Positions 46,401 to 60,129 of a stretch of 64,000 nt of DNA are shown here, one piece after another. The stretch is from assembly GCF_009914755.1 (NCBI RefSeq), contig NC_060929.1. One strand, written 5' to 3'. How positions within the stretch are numbered: the first letter of the stretch is position 1; each line of letters starts with the position of its first letter. A program made the position numbers and the translations under genes. Source of the DNA: the human T2T-CHM13v2.0 reference genome, Homo sapiens. The notes under the pieces are model-generated. The model made no database searches and was not told where the DNA came from. It saw nothing but the letters and a program-made list of their open reading frames with translations.

Positions 46401-46689
46401 ACAGTGCTAGGAAACTATACCAGGAATCTAGGTTATTGTTTTAAAGGCCTACGGCAAGCTGGGCCATGAATGAGATGTGCGTAAAATGCCACAAGGCTCT
46501 CTTACCTAAATTAATCTGTTTTATTTTTCTTAAATTTTCATCTGATTGCTATGAAATTTTAATGAATTTTCAGAGTTCCTATAAAGATGATGCCGACAGT
46601 TTTGCCAGTATATTCTTGGCCTTTTTGGAGTGGTGGGCTGTTATCATTCCTGTGATCACTTTGTTTATGTTTCACACTGAAGTAATTTA

Positions 46690-46830
46690 AGTCCCTGATA
46701 GGTTTTCCTTCAGACAGTCCTCAAGGAGTAAGATAGAGAGAGATCAACTAGCTTGCCCCAGGTCACACATAAAGTAAGTGGTTGTGTGTGCCTGGATTCA
46801 AAGCCGTGTAGTGTGACTACAATTTACTAG
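46690..46830 (-). mobile_element. MIR fragment
   Basis: cttgccccaggtcacacataaagtaagtgg...ggattcaaagcc...gtgtgact. Confidence 0.55.
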
Positions 46831-49800
46831 AGAATATTAAAAAACGACTACATCTTCAGACACTTAGAATAAGCATGACAGAATGCACTAAGGAATAAGA
46901 AGCATTTTGACAGATTAGAATGTTTTACCAGTGGTGGTGAATCTTAAGCTGAATTTCAGGTAGGTAAAGGGTATGATAGGCAAGAAACTAATGAAAAGCT
47001 TTAAAACCATACAATAAAAAAATAGTTTCAATATATAATGGGAATACTCGGCCAGATAAAAGTAAACTATTAAATCCAAAATCTAACATTTGAATTAGGA
47101 TTAAATGTCTAATACCTTTTGGAAAATTTACCTTCCCTACCTCTAGTTTTATAAAGTTGCCTGAAAAGGTTACACAATTTAAAAAGTATTAGCAGAGAAA
47201 ATCAACATGGATGAATCCATTGGAAAACAATTTTTTGGGGCAGATGAATGCATATGAATTGTGAAGATTTTTTGAAAGAACCAGAACTTCACTTTTATCT
47301 TTCTTTTTTTTCTCTTTTTGAGTTTGCAGTGTGGTGAACAAAAGTGATAGCAGGGTGTTTGTCTAACCCTAGATTTCTATTTATTTATTTTTTTTTGGTA
47401 ATTCAAGTCCCATTTATTTAGTTCTAACAATACAAAGATAGCTTACCATTAATTTGCATTTCAGTCTTTAAAATACCTGTGAATGAAAAACAGTTCCATG
47501 ATAATAACATTTTATGGGCTAAGTACATTTTAGAGTTAGTATATAAAAATTTCTCATTTCACCTCATTTCCTGATAAAGTACGCTGAGTAATATATTAAC
47601 ATAATGGATTTGTAAAGTGTTTAACATTTTTTATTTAATATATATCTCATTATACACAAAATTTGACTGATTTTTATGACAGTAAAATTAGAAGTTCACA
47701 GTTATATATTGGGAAACATGATATTTCAAATATGTGTAATGTGTACTATACATATGTAACCTATTTGATATATTTTTCACAATTTCTTGTCAGAAGTTGT
47801 TGATGCTTTAATGTTATACACTTTCAGATAGAAGCAAGAAATCTTACTTGACTAGTATATTTAATGAATGTCCTTTGAGAACAAATATTGAGGCTTAAAA
47901 CTCCACTGTTATTTTTAGATATGATTAAAACAGAATAAAAATGAAATAAGAGATTAGAATTTTTTCTTCAAGTTTTCTTCAAAATAAGTATTTTATTTCC
48001 TGAACAGCTTGTAGGTATTATTTTGCATTGATATTAAGGTATTTAAGTTGTAATAATGCCTTTCTCAAGACATTTAAAAAACTGACTTCTAAATTGTTTT
48101 TTGTGTGTGTGTGTGTGTGTATGTGTTGCACAAGAGTATTTACTATGCTGAGAATACAGATAATTTATGGAAAGTTTAGGTCTGTTAATACAGACTAGAT
48201 TAAGAAAAATAGAGCTGTGATCAGTTTGGACTTCAAATTCCAAAAACTGAAATTTTCTGAAATATGTGGACGCTTATAAAAAGGAAAGATTTACTCTGTA
48301 GTAAATGTTCAATTTCATCATAAATACTTTAAAAGCATTTTGCTCTGTCTCATTTTTTTTTTGTGGAGTTTGCTTTATATTCAAAACAAGTACAAGATAT
48401 TATCTCTGGCAAAATTAATGTAGTTATGATGATATGACTGTGAATTATTTTCCCATTCCAAATCTTATTCAGTTATTTGACTTCATAACCTATGAGAACC
48501 ATTAGTTTTATTTTCCAAAACACTTTGTATCATAAAGGAGATGTGGATTATAGGTCTGTTAATAGATTTATAATATGCTATCCTAGTCATATGTTTTACA
48601 AGGAAACCTTGAAAAAGATGACCTTTCTCACAAAAAGACAAATATTGTGAATCATTAAAAATTTATGAACAGACCTTGTTTACTTTTCATTGTTATTTTC
48701 CTTAAATTACCAGAATATTAAATTAGCTTTAGTTACCTTGGTTTAATTTCTAAATATAGATTAATTTCTGTTCTTGAATATTTGCAAAAGCATCAAAATT
48801 TTATCTAAGATCACAACTTAATTCTAGTTACAATAAATATTCTGCAATCATTTAACATAGCTTTCCATCAAAACCGTGGCATGCTAAAAGGAATATTTGT
48901 AAAGCTATAAATTTCCTGTGTTAAGAGAAGGTACTTAAACACAGAAAAAGTTCAAAAATACCAGGAATATACAAAAAAAGTTATGATAGCCACATATATA
49001 TTCATATGCACATGTAAATTTCAAAATTTTTCAAATGTCATGAAGTCTAGAATCTCCTTTTTATTGAATTAATTAACATCGTTTACAGTTTAAGGTAAAA
49101 AAAGTAACACTCAAGCATAAGAATTTTGGAAAAACTAATGAAAACTCAACGTGCTTCTGAGATGTTTGCATTTTTTGTTTAAAATATTTTAATCATGTTC
49201 TTTGCTAACATGGCTTGTCCTTGGATTTAAAGCTCTTATATAAAGTAAAAATAATGAAATGTACTCTCATATTTTGCTTTTGTTAGTATTATTCCAAATA
49301 TTACATTGCTTTCTTGTTACTGTAATCAATGTTTCATGTTATTTTAGAAACCATATTTGAAAAGAATATATTATTTCCTTTTATCTATAGTGATTAGACA
49401 TATATCTTGAAACGACTCATTTATTTGGTTAGACAAAAATCAACTATTGCCACCATATAATTCTATTAATACAGTCTAATACTGTTTTCAATTATTATTG
49501 GATCCATCAATCTTTTGTTAAAATTTAGTCAGTTCCTTGCATAAGGGATCTACTAGATTGCTCCTCAAGCAATCCACAGGATCAGTCTACAGGAGTGATC
49601 TTCAGTATTGATCAAGCTCACCTAAGAGAAAGAAAACAGTCTGAATGACTAGCAAAGTATCCTCAAATGCTAAGCATATCTCAAGACTTTGATCACATCT
49701 GATCTAATGAAATAAGTCCTTTATGTAATTTAGAAACTGCAGTCACCACTTTTTTTTTTTTTGGCTTGGGGAAGTTACAGATTAGATAATGTTACTTTAA

Positions 49801-49967
49801 TTTTGCAAATACTGATAGAATATTTACTATGTAAAATTTATTATAAATTGACCAAAAAGAGCCTACCAAAATATGAGAGATAATTTATTGTATAGTCCTT
49901 TTATTCCGTTTTCTCTATATAAGATCCTTTACGAATGACTGTCACCAGCCATTAATATCAAACACCT

Positions 49968-50270
49968 GGTGGGGTTCAGTGGCTCACATCTGTAATCCCA
50001 GCAATTTAGTAGGCTGAGACAGGTGGATTCCTTGAGCCCAGGAGTTTGAGACCAGCCTGATCAACATGGCAAAACCTCATCTCTATAAAAAACACAAAAT
50101 TTAGCCAGGCACAGTGGCCTGCACCTGTGGTCTGAGCTACAGAGGCTGAGGTGGGAGGATCACTTGAGCCCAGGAGGTGGAGGTTGCAGTGAGTCAAAAT
50201 CTCACCACTGCACCACATCCTGGGAAACAGAATGAGACTGTGTCTCAAACAAACAAACAAACAAACAAAC
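49968..50270 (+). mobile_element. AluJ with (CAAA)n tail
   Basis: cttgagcccaggagtttgagacc and gaggtgggaggatcacttgagcccagg are J diagnostics. Confidence 0.93.
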
Positions 50271-51260
50271 ACTTTCTGTTGTTATTTGAGTTATTGTTTT
50301 TAGGGGTCCATTTCCGGAGGCAATTTTTAGCATAAGCTGACCCAAATTGCATTCAAAAAATTTACCTCAGCAGACTAAGATAATTACTAAATTTCTCATC
50401 TGAAACGAGAACCAAAACTATGTCTCAAATGAAACCAGAGCTTTAGGAAAGACTGCAAATATTTTGAAATGTTAAATTGAAACCTCTCGTGCCATCATAA
50501 CTTAACTGAAAAGTATTCTCATCAAATTTATGTATCACACATGGTTAACAGTTTTGAGTTTTGCTTCAAATAGGTCACCCGAAGAGATGGAAGAATTGTA
50601 AACTTGATATTTTAAATTTAACAGTGTATTCTCTTATGCATGAAACTACAGTAAATAAAATAGAGGAATTTGTAATATGCATCAATGGTGAGAAGTATAA
50701 TGATAGTTTTAAATGTCAAATGTAAATTACTGAAAAGAAATTTCTTGCAGAGAAATTTACTGAGTGTCATTCGTTGAAGCAATGTAAAATATACAAATCT
50801 GATGGTAAATAGCAAAAGACTGAAATATTGCTGAAGATTTTGAGATGATTATATAATCTTGTTATTAAATGTTCTTTTTCTCTTACCGTTTTATAGCTGT
50901 CAGTTTTCTAAGAAAACTTTTTAACAATGAAATGTTTGTGTTTCAAGCTTCAATGGCAGTTAATATTCTTGTTGAAAATGAATATGGCAACTTTGCTAAA
51001 TTCTAAGAAGAAATGCCTTCTTTTACAATCTATAAGATATTTGCAAGAAAGAAGATGAAGCTAAATTACTTCCACTCTGAAAATGTTTTTCATATTTGTG
51101 GCATACCAGGATACTTATATTGAGAGGATTAAGAATACATAATCACCCAGCATGTCTTGTGAGAAACAGAGTCTCATTTCTATTAGATAAAGCCACCTTT
51201 TCTTTCTTTTCTAGGGGAGAATATTTGCTTTCTAAGATTATCATGAGAAGAGGAAGATGA

Positions 51261-52009
<749 letters not shown>

Positions 52010-52388
52010 AAGCCTTCTATTCTTTCTTCATCCAACACAAGAACAACATTAATTTCAAATAAGTTTCTAATGTAATTTTTCTTGGCTTGCCTCTTGTATC
52101 ACAGCCTACAGAAGCAGGAAATTACTTTGGTCTTACTGTTAATAAACACTGTTATTATTGTTATGTTAACCTATTATTTACTAACATTTCCACCTCAAGC
52201 AAATTAATGCAAGCTCACCACAGACAGATTTGTGATGGCTTCTATAATTTACTGTGATTGAATACCTTCCCAATATTTATGATTTACATAAACATTTGTT
52301 AGGGAGATTAACTACATAATTATTCTGTGTCAACTGGGAATTTATTATTGATATGTACATGTATTAGGAGGATTAGCTATATAATAAT

Positions 52389-52630
52389 CCTTTTGAGAAC
52401 AGGAATTTGAGACTAGCCTGGGCCACATAACAAGATCCTGTCTTTACAATTTTTTTTTTTTTAATTAGCCAACGTGATGGTGCACACCTATAGTCCTAAC
52501 TATTGAGGAGGCTGATGTGGGAGGATCCCTTGAGTCCAGGAGTTCAAGGTTACAATGAGCTATGATCATGCCACTCTCCTCCAATCTGAGCAACAAAGTG
52601 AGACCTTTTCTCTAATCATAATTTAAAAAA
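52389..52630 (+). mobile_element. 5'-truncated AluJ
   Basis: gtgggaggatcccttgagtccaggagttcaaggttacaatgagctatgatcatgccact. Confidence 0.85.
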
Positions 52631-53155
52631 ATCCTTTATTAGCTATTAACTGGGTGATAATATTTTTGATACTATTCTTATTGAATTATATGGTGGCTTA
52701 CAAACATGAATTGTGTCCTCATACCAGTTGTATGACCCCTGGACTGCAATTTAATAATTTTTATTATCAATTTCCTCATCTGTAATATAGAAATAAGTAT
52801 ATTACCTGCTCATGAGACTTAAATAGATCAATCTATGTAAATTATTTGGTTACTTTGCATTTGAATGAGAAAAAAAAATTTCATTAATTAATGAGAAAAA
52901 TTATACCTAATTATTTCTCTAGAAATTGTCTGAGGTGATAGATACAGTAAAATCTTATTGCAATACAAATGTGCAACTCTGTTTATATGTTTGTATGTTT
53001 TTATGTTTTAACATAAACTATGCCTAGAAAATCAGGACATTCATTTTATTCTCAAAATCTAAAACTTTTCTTAAGAGCAATAAAATACAAATTACTTTAA
53101 GTACCCTATTGCTTGGGAAAATATAATTTTCTCATTTTTTAAAAAATAAATTTAA

Positions 53156-53482
<327 letters not shown>

Positions 53483-54994
53483 TTAAGGCAATATTTATTT
53501 TCAACCATGATGTTAAGTAGAAATAACGTTTACGACATTCAAAACAATGTATAATAATGTCGAATTGATTTTGCTGCTTAGCAACTCTTGCCTGAAATTT
53601 TCCTTTGCTGGTTGCTTGTATTCTTAATTCTTCAGGTTACTTTAGGGTTGTCTTCCTAGGATAAGTGGCTTTTAGAGTTAGTGACAGATTGCTGCAGATG
53701 GAGAAGCAAATTCCTGCCACAGTGTTGTTATCCCTTAATTGACCAGTAATAGGGGCTATATCATCATGTTCCTAGACACATGGCTTCTTCTGTGACCAGA
53801 ATAGAGTTAGCAATTGCAGTAGTGTCCTTACATAGAAAATATCCAATTAACGTTTTCCATTCAATGTCAGTCATAAATTTTCTCTTCTGTCTGAACAATT
53901 TTGTTTCAGCTTTTCTTGGCAATATTGTGGAGGGGGTGTGGTGCAGAAAGAATGGAAAAATAAGCCTCTATTCCTGGTGAGATTGAGCCAGGCACTTCAA
54001 GGCACCCATGCTGCATGGCAATATTTACCTTCCACCCTGCACAATGGATCAGGTTTCTTTCTGGATTCACAAAGCAAATAAAATTACTATTGGTTTCCTG
54101 ATGCAGTTGTGAGGCTAAACTTGCGGAAATGATAATCTTACTAAGGTTTAGTCTTTTCTTCTGCCTTTAGGCAGAGTCTTTTATAAATTTCTGAGACTTT
54201 ATTCCTCAGGCCCATACAAAGGAGAATTGTTATTAAATTAGTTAAAAGGTTCTTCACTGAGAGCTCTAGGAATATGGTTTTAAATTGCACATTCATGAAA
54301 TTTTAATCTATTTTTCCAAAGCAGGACTCTAGTGATGGAATACTTGTAAAACCTGCCATGTCCCCACCCAGGAGTACCTGTTCTGAATTTGATTTGTCAA
54401 ACATTCACTAATAATTAATGCAACTAATAATATTTAAATTGACAATTCCAACCTAACAATGAATTTTTTATATCTACAATATACTTTATCAGAGAGGGGC
54501 AACAATTGATCTACACATAGATGAAGCTCGAAGCTGGTTCTCCTCTGGAAGATTCAACTACAATATCCAAAATGAAAATCCAAGTTGCCTTAAGTCTCTA
54601 GCATCAACTCATAAGATAATATTGAAAGTGTAAATTAGGCTCATTCTGGAAGATGGAAAGCTATTTTTATGTATGTTAGGGATTTCTTTAGAAATGATGA
54701 CACAATTTTAGTGAAATAAAAAGCAAAATTGATCTGCTTTTGTACCTATGATGACTAAGCACCCATAAGAATTATTTATATTTTATTCTCTATTTCTATT
54801 GATTTGTTAGAATAATGTAAATGATATTATGTGTTGCTTTGAAAGAAATAGTATTATATATCATTCTGAAAACAAATCATTCCAAAAAAATACTTATGGT
54901 CATCTCTTCTGTATTTTATCATCATACAACATCCAAATTAAATTTAATTAAGTTTTGATTGCTAGTAAATATAGTAAAGTGATATGTTAATTAC

Positions 54995-55450
54995 TGAGAA
55001 AGAGAAAAGTAATCTCTGACAACCAGGAACTATCCTAGTAATATCAGCTAGGCTTTGGTGTTACTATGAATTGGCCTGCCACCACACACAGCTAGGCCTA
55101 AATATTCCCCTCTTAAACATCAAATGTCAAAGAACATCAACATCACACAAGGTCACTCTGACCCTGATGGATGAAAACAAGAACAGACCACTACATAATC
55201 ATATCTGAACAGACAAAAAAGGAACATTCTTAAGTTAGAAAATAACAAATATAAACCTCTCTGCCTAATGTAAGTGAATACTTTTTTATAAAAATAAGTC
55301 ATACGTTTACCCTCAGTGTAGTCTTTCCTCACAATAGACAAGAATTACAAAATACGCAATCATAGATTTACTTCAATTCTTGATAATGTACAATTTGGAG
55401 GAGCAAAACCCCATTTCTCCCTCACTTCAACAAATAATAAACCAAATTTG
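54995..55450 (+). mobile_element. Old ERV solo LTR (MER77-like; name uncertain)
   Basis: tgagaaagagaaaagta...cagctaggc x2...gaacatcaacatcacacaaggtcactctg...gaccactacataatcatatctgaaca. Confidence 0.5.
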
Positions 55451-57919
55451 TTAAACTTATAGGTGTGTTCTAGCTGGTCTTTGACTAGAAGTCATTAACC
55501 TGATGTTACTGGAACTTTGTATTTTTAACAAGATACCTATGTGACATAAAACCATGAAAAGTTAACTTCAGTAAGACATCAGTTTTCTGGGAAAGACAGT
55601 GGTCTTCGACAATGAATGATATGATTAATTCAATCTTCTTTTTGACTTGTGGTTTAAATTAGATCTATGTTTCCTGGGCCAGGTTGGTTTATGATCTCAA
55701 GCGAACTTTCTGACTGTCATGGTCTAAAGAGAACTTTCCCACTTGTAGCTTTTACTCTAGTAAGGAAAACAAATCTATACAGCACGATAGCTCTAGACAC
55801 ATCGTGGTCACTATGTGAAGATTTAAAAGAAGAGATAGTAAGAGCAGAAGGAATATGTAAGTCCCTGATTCAAGATTGGCTGTAATACAAATTTTGGCTC
55901 TCCTTACTGCCATTATTCTCTTAATCAAAACAAACTATGAAAAACCTAAAAATTGTGAGAAAAGATAAAGTTCAAATACCATTTTTAAATTAAAAGATAT
56001 ACATTACAAAGTTCACAGAGACCAAATAAATATAATTAAGAGTTGATTTCATAGAAGATTGAAAAATCAATCTGATGATTTATAACTAGTGAGGAAGTAA
56101 CATGAGGTAACCAAAGGATTAAAGAAAAATAACCAGTTTTAGTTTTTTCACTTAAATGATTAATTCCCATTTTGCAGTCTTGTACAGAAATAAAATATGG
56201 AAACATGAATAATTTTTGTGATTTTTTTTTCAAATTTATGGAACCAAATGTTTTACTGCTTAATCCTCTTGAAATTTTATTTCCCAAACCACAATTTTGG
56301 CATTTAGTAGTTCATAAAATATCAAAAAAAAAAAATGTTTGGGCAAGTAATAAGTAGCCCAAAGTAGCTCTTTTACAAGACAGTATAAAAATTCTCAATG
56401 AGTTAGGCAAGTTTTAAGAATTTACTTTTCTTCAAATAACACTACTAGGGAAAATTCAACCTACTGAAAACTAGGTTGAATTTATGTGTATTTTAAAAAT
56501 CTGTTTTTTTGGTTGGTTTATGTTGCATTTCACTTACAAACAAATGTAATGAATTAACATTAGTAAAATTGAGTGGGTGGCAAGTGATAAGAATTATTTT
56601 GTCTCTGGGACTAAAGGAAAGTCAACGTTTTGTCATTTTTTCTCTCACTTTTCATATTTAATATGATGTTTACAGAAAATAAAAGTAACACCCCTAATAC
56701 ATGGCAGTTCTGTCTGTCACAACTGAGTCATTCCATACGTATAAAATCTAAAACAGCTGGTAACCTTTAAAGGTTGATTCACTCACTGGACTTTATTTAT
56801 TTATTTATTTATTTATTTATGGAATTTTTGTAAAAATGGCAGGAACATTTATTGTGCTGCAGGTACTTTGTTAACATTCTTTTCTATAAATAATATTACC
56901 AGCAATTTTCAGAGTCTCTAAACAGGACAGTCTACCCAAGACTAAATGTTGTTTCAGAGGAAGTGGGAATATTGCAACTTTTGTCAATGAGCAGGAGCCA
57001 CTAAAAGAGAAAACTCTAAAAATGAAATATGAGAAGCTTCAAATAGACCCGCTGAATAAACTGTATTATTGATTTCTAAAGCTTTTTTTATTTTCATTTT
57101 GGTCAGTTTATATGGTATTCTGAAACTCTGTTTTTGCTAATGCTATAAAAATTCACTTCAAGAGCATGATAGAAAGTCAGTAATACTTTAAGACTTTTAT
57201 CACATTAGTAACTTTCTTATGATATTAGAAATTCAATAAGACAGAAAAGTCACTGATCCTATAGCTAAATTGCTAATATAATGCAGCACTTACCACTATG
57301 ACATGAAATATGCATTTTACTCTGATGCTTTAAAGCTTTCAATTTTTCTTTTCTAGTCCTTTGAGGGACCTCTCTTTTGGTGTATTTTTTAACAATAAAT
57401 ATACAATAATGTGTAAAAGTTCACAAATAGTAAAATAGCAGGATATTGATTCTTTTAAAGAGAAGAGCAAGATCATCTAATAACTAATCATGCTTCTGGG
57501 CTTATATAGCAGAGAACTCATGTAGCCCTAGAATACTTTAAAAGACCAAAAAAATAAACGAGCAAAACTTGGTAAACTAAAGCTTTAACAAGATTGTAGT
57601 TAAAAGCCAGGAAGTTTTTACCTACTGAAACTCAGATGGGCTGTTTTGAGAAATGATTTAAAGGATTAGTATCACATAATCAATGTTCTGAACACATCAC
57701 AATCTCCAGTACACATGGGCTTTGCTTATTAGAAAAGTGGGTGTCTAATACAGAAATTCCTTAGGGTGTGATAATTATTTCCATTCCTATAAGTAAGCAA
57801 CATTTTAAGGACATCATCCATGCCAAGGTACACACAAGTAATGTGACCTGTGGCAATAAGCTATACTTTAATTACATATTTTCTGTGATCAAAATCCTCA
57901 ATAGGTAAGATGTTACGTA

Positions 57920-58200
57920 CATTCATTCATACTTTCGCTCATCAAATACCTGTGAAGCACTTACTGTGTACCTTTCATGAGGGACATTTCAAAGTCCTTG
58001 GGATATAGTGTTGAACAAGGCAGATAAAAGAAATGAGATATGTGAAATATCATAAATTATTTTAGATAAGTTCTAGGAAATCAGGGTAAAAGCACTGATT
58101 GAGAGAAAGTGATGAGTTTAGAGTCATGGTCAGGGAAGCCTTCTCTGAAAAGATGTCATTTCAATGGAGACCTGAAAAATGAAGAGGAACCATTTATAAA
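57920..58200 (-). mobile_element. L2 3' end
   Basis: cattcattcat...caaatacctgtgaagcacttactgtgt...gggatatagtgttgaacaaggcaga...ggtcagggaagccttctctga. Confidence 0.75.
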
Positions 58201-58701
58201 GTAGAGGAAAACAGTCAAACAAACAAAAAACTTAAAACTGAAATGATGGTTTTGCTGGTGAGATATAATATATAATGATGTTCAAATATATCTATTTTTA
58301 AAACAGGTTGAACTCACATGTTCATCAAGAGCTCTTTTTCCTGGATCTTTTCTAGGGGAGTAGTGCCTACAACATAAATACCTAGTGTGAAATGCCAGCA
58401 AGAAGCAAGCTGATCAGTGCCACAACACCAGGCATTAGAAACAAAAGGTGCTGCTGAGGTCAAAGCACAGAGCAGAGTGGAACTGAGAGAGAAGAATTGG
58501 GTGAAATTAACTTTTTGAAGCTCTTAGGCCCCAGTGTTCTGGTTTTCACCTTGAAAACCAGGTAAACTTCTTTCATTGCAGCAGAAGATTGGAGTTTGCT
58601 CTCTGGAAAGCGTGAACTGAAAATAATATGGCTTTGGTAACATAAAGCATGGCTGAGGGTGGACTAATGAATTGTACTATAAAGAATGGCACTAAAAAAA
58701 A

Positions 58702-59020
<319 letters not shown>

Positions 59021-60129
59021 TTAAGAAAAAAATAATGTTTAGTCTGAGTGATATCCATAGAAAACTACTTATCAAGAATACAACAAAACTTTTTCAGATA
59101 AATGTGTTTTTTTTAATTACTCCTATGAAATTTTCCTCAAAAACTAATGGGCAAAGCTTTAAAAATTATGTATTGTGACATAATTTTATAAATATAAATT
59201 GTATTTTAAATACAATTGTATTGTATTTAAAATACAAATATAATTTGTATTTTATAAATATAAAAGTAAAATACACTTTAATCTTGCTGATAAGTCAGAA
59301 TAAGGGCAAACATAAATTTAGTAATATCTTGTAATATATATACTATACTTTGATAAGTCAAGGACGCATGTTATAACTTCTGGATTGTATTAAATAAATA
59401 AGAAAAAAATTTTAAAGTAAATTCAACCCAAAATAATTAGCAAAAGCAGAAACTAAAAAATAGGCATAACAAAAGCCAACAGTAAATTAATAAATTTAAA
59501 ATTAAATATAATCAGCAATGAGGTCAAATGAATTAATTATTGCTTTAATTAAAATAAAAAGATTGTGGCATTGGAAACAAAAAAATGAAATTCACTTATG
59601 TATTCTCTCTCTCTATATATATGCAGAAAGGTTAAATGTGAAAGAAAAAAGATGTTACATCAACAATAAATGAAAGAAAGATTGAATGCCATATTCATAT
59701 TATGCAAGTGGACTTTAAAGTAATAAACTCTATTAATGATTTACACATTTCAAAATAATAACAATATACCAGAAAGAGGAAACAATTCTAAGGAAGTGTC
59801 TAATTTATTCAATAGCCTTAAAGTATATACAACTCAAATTTGAAGATGTATTTATTTGTGGAAAATAAATACTTCAAAATATTCAAAATCTAACAGGAAA
59901 TATATTAATATGTATCTGTCATATAAATTTAAGTAAGCATACAAATGATTTAAACAACACAACCATATTGACATATATGAAATATTACACCCAAATCTAC
60001 AGTATACATATTCTTTTCAAAAACACAGGAAATAGTTACCAAAAATTGATTTTATGCTGAGCCATAAAATCCTTCTGTTTTCTATGAACATGGAGAAATT
60101 AAACATTTTAAAATATTAATGTTTTAAAA

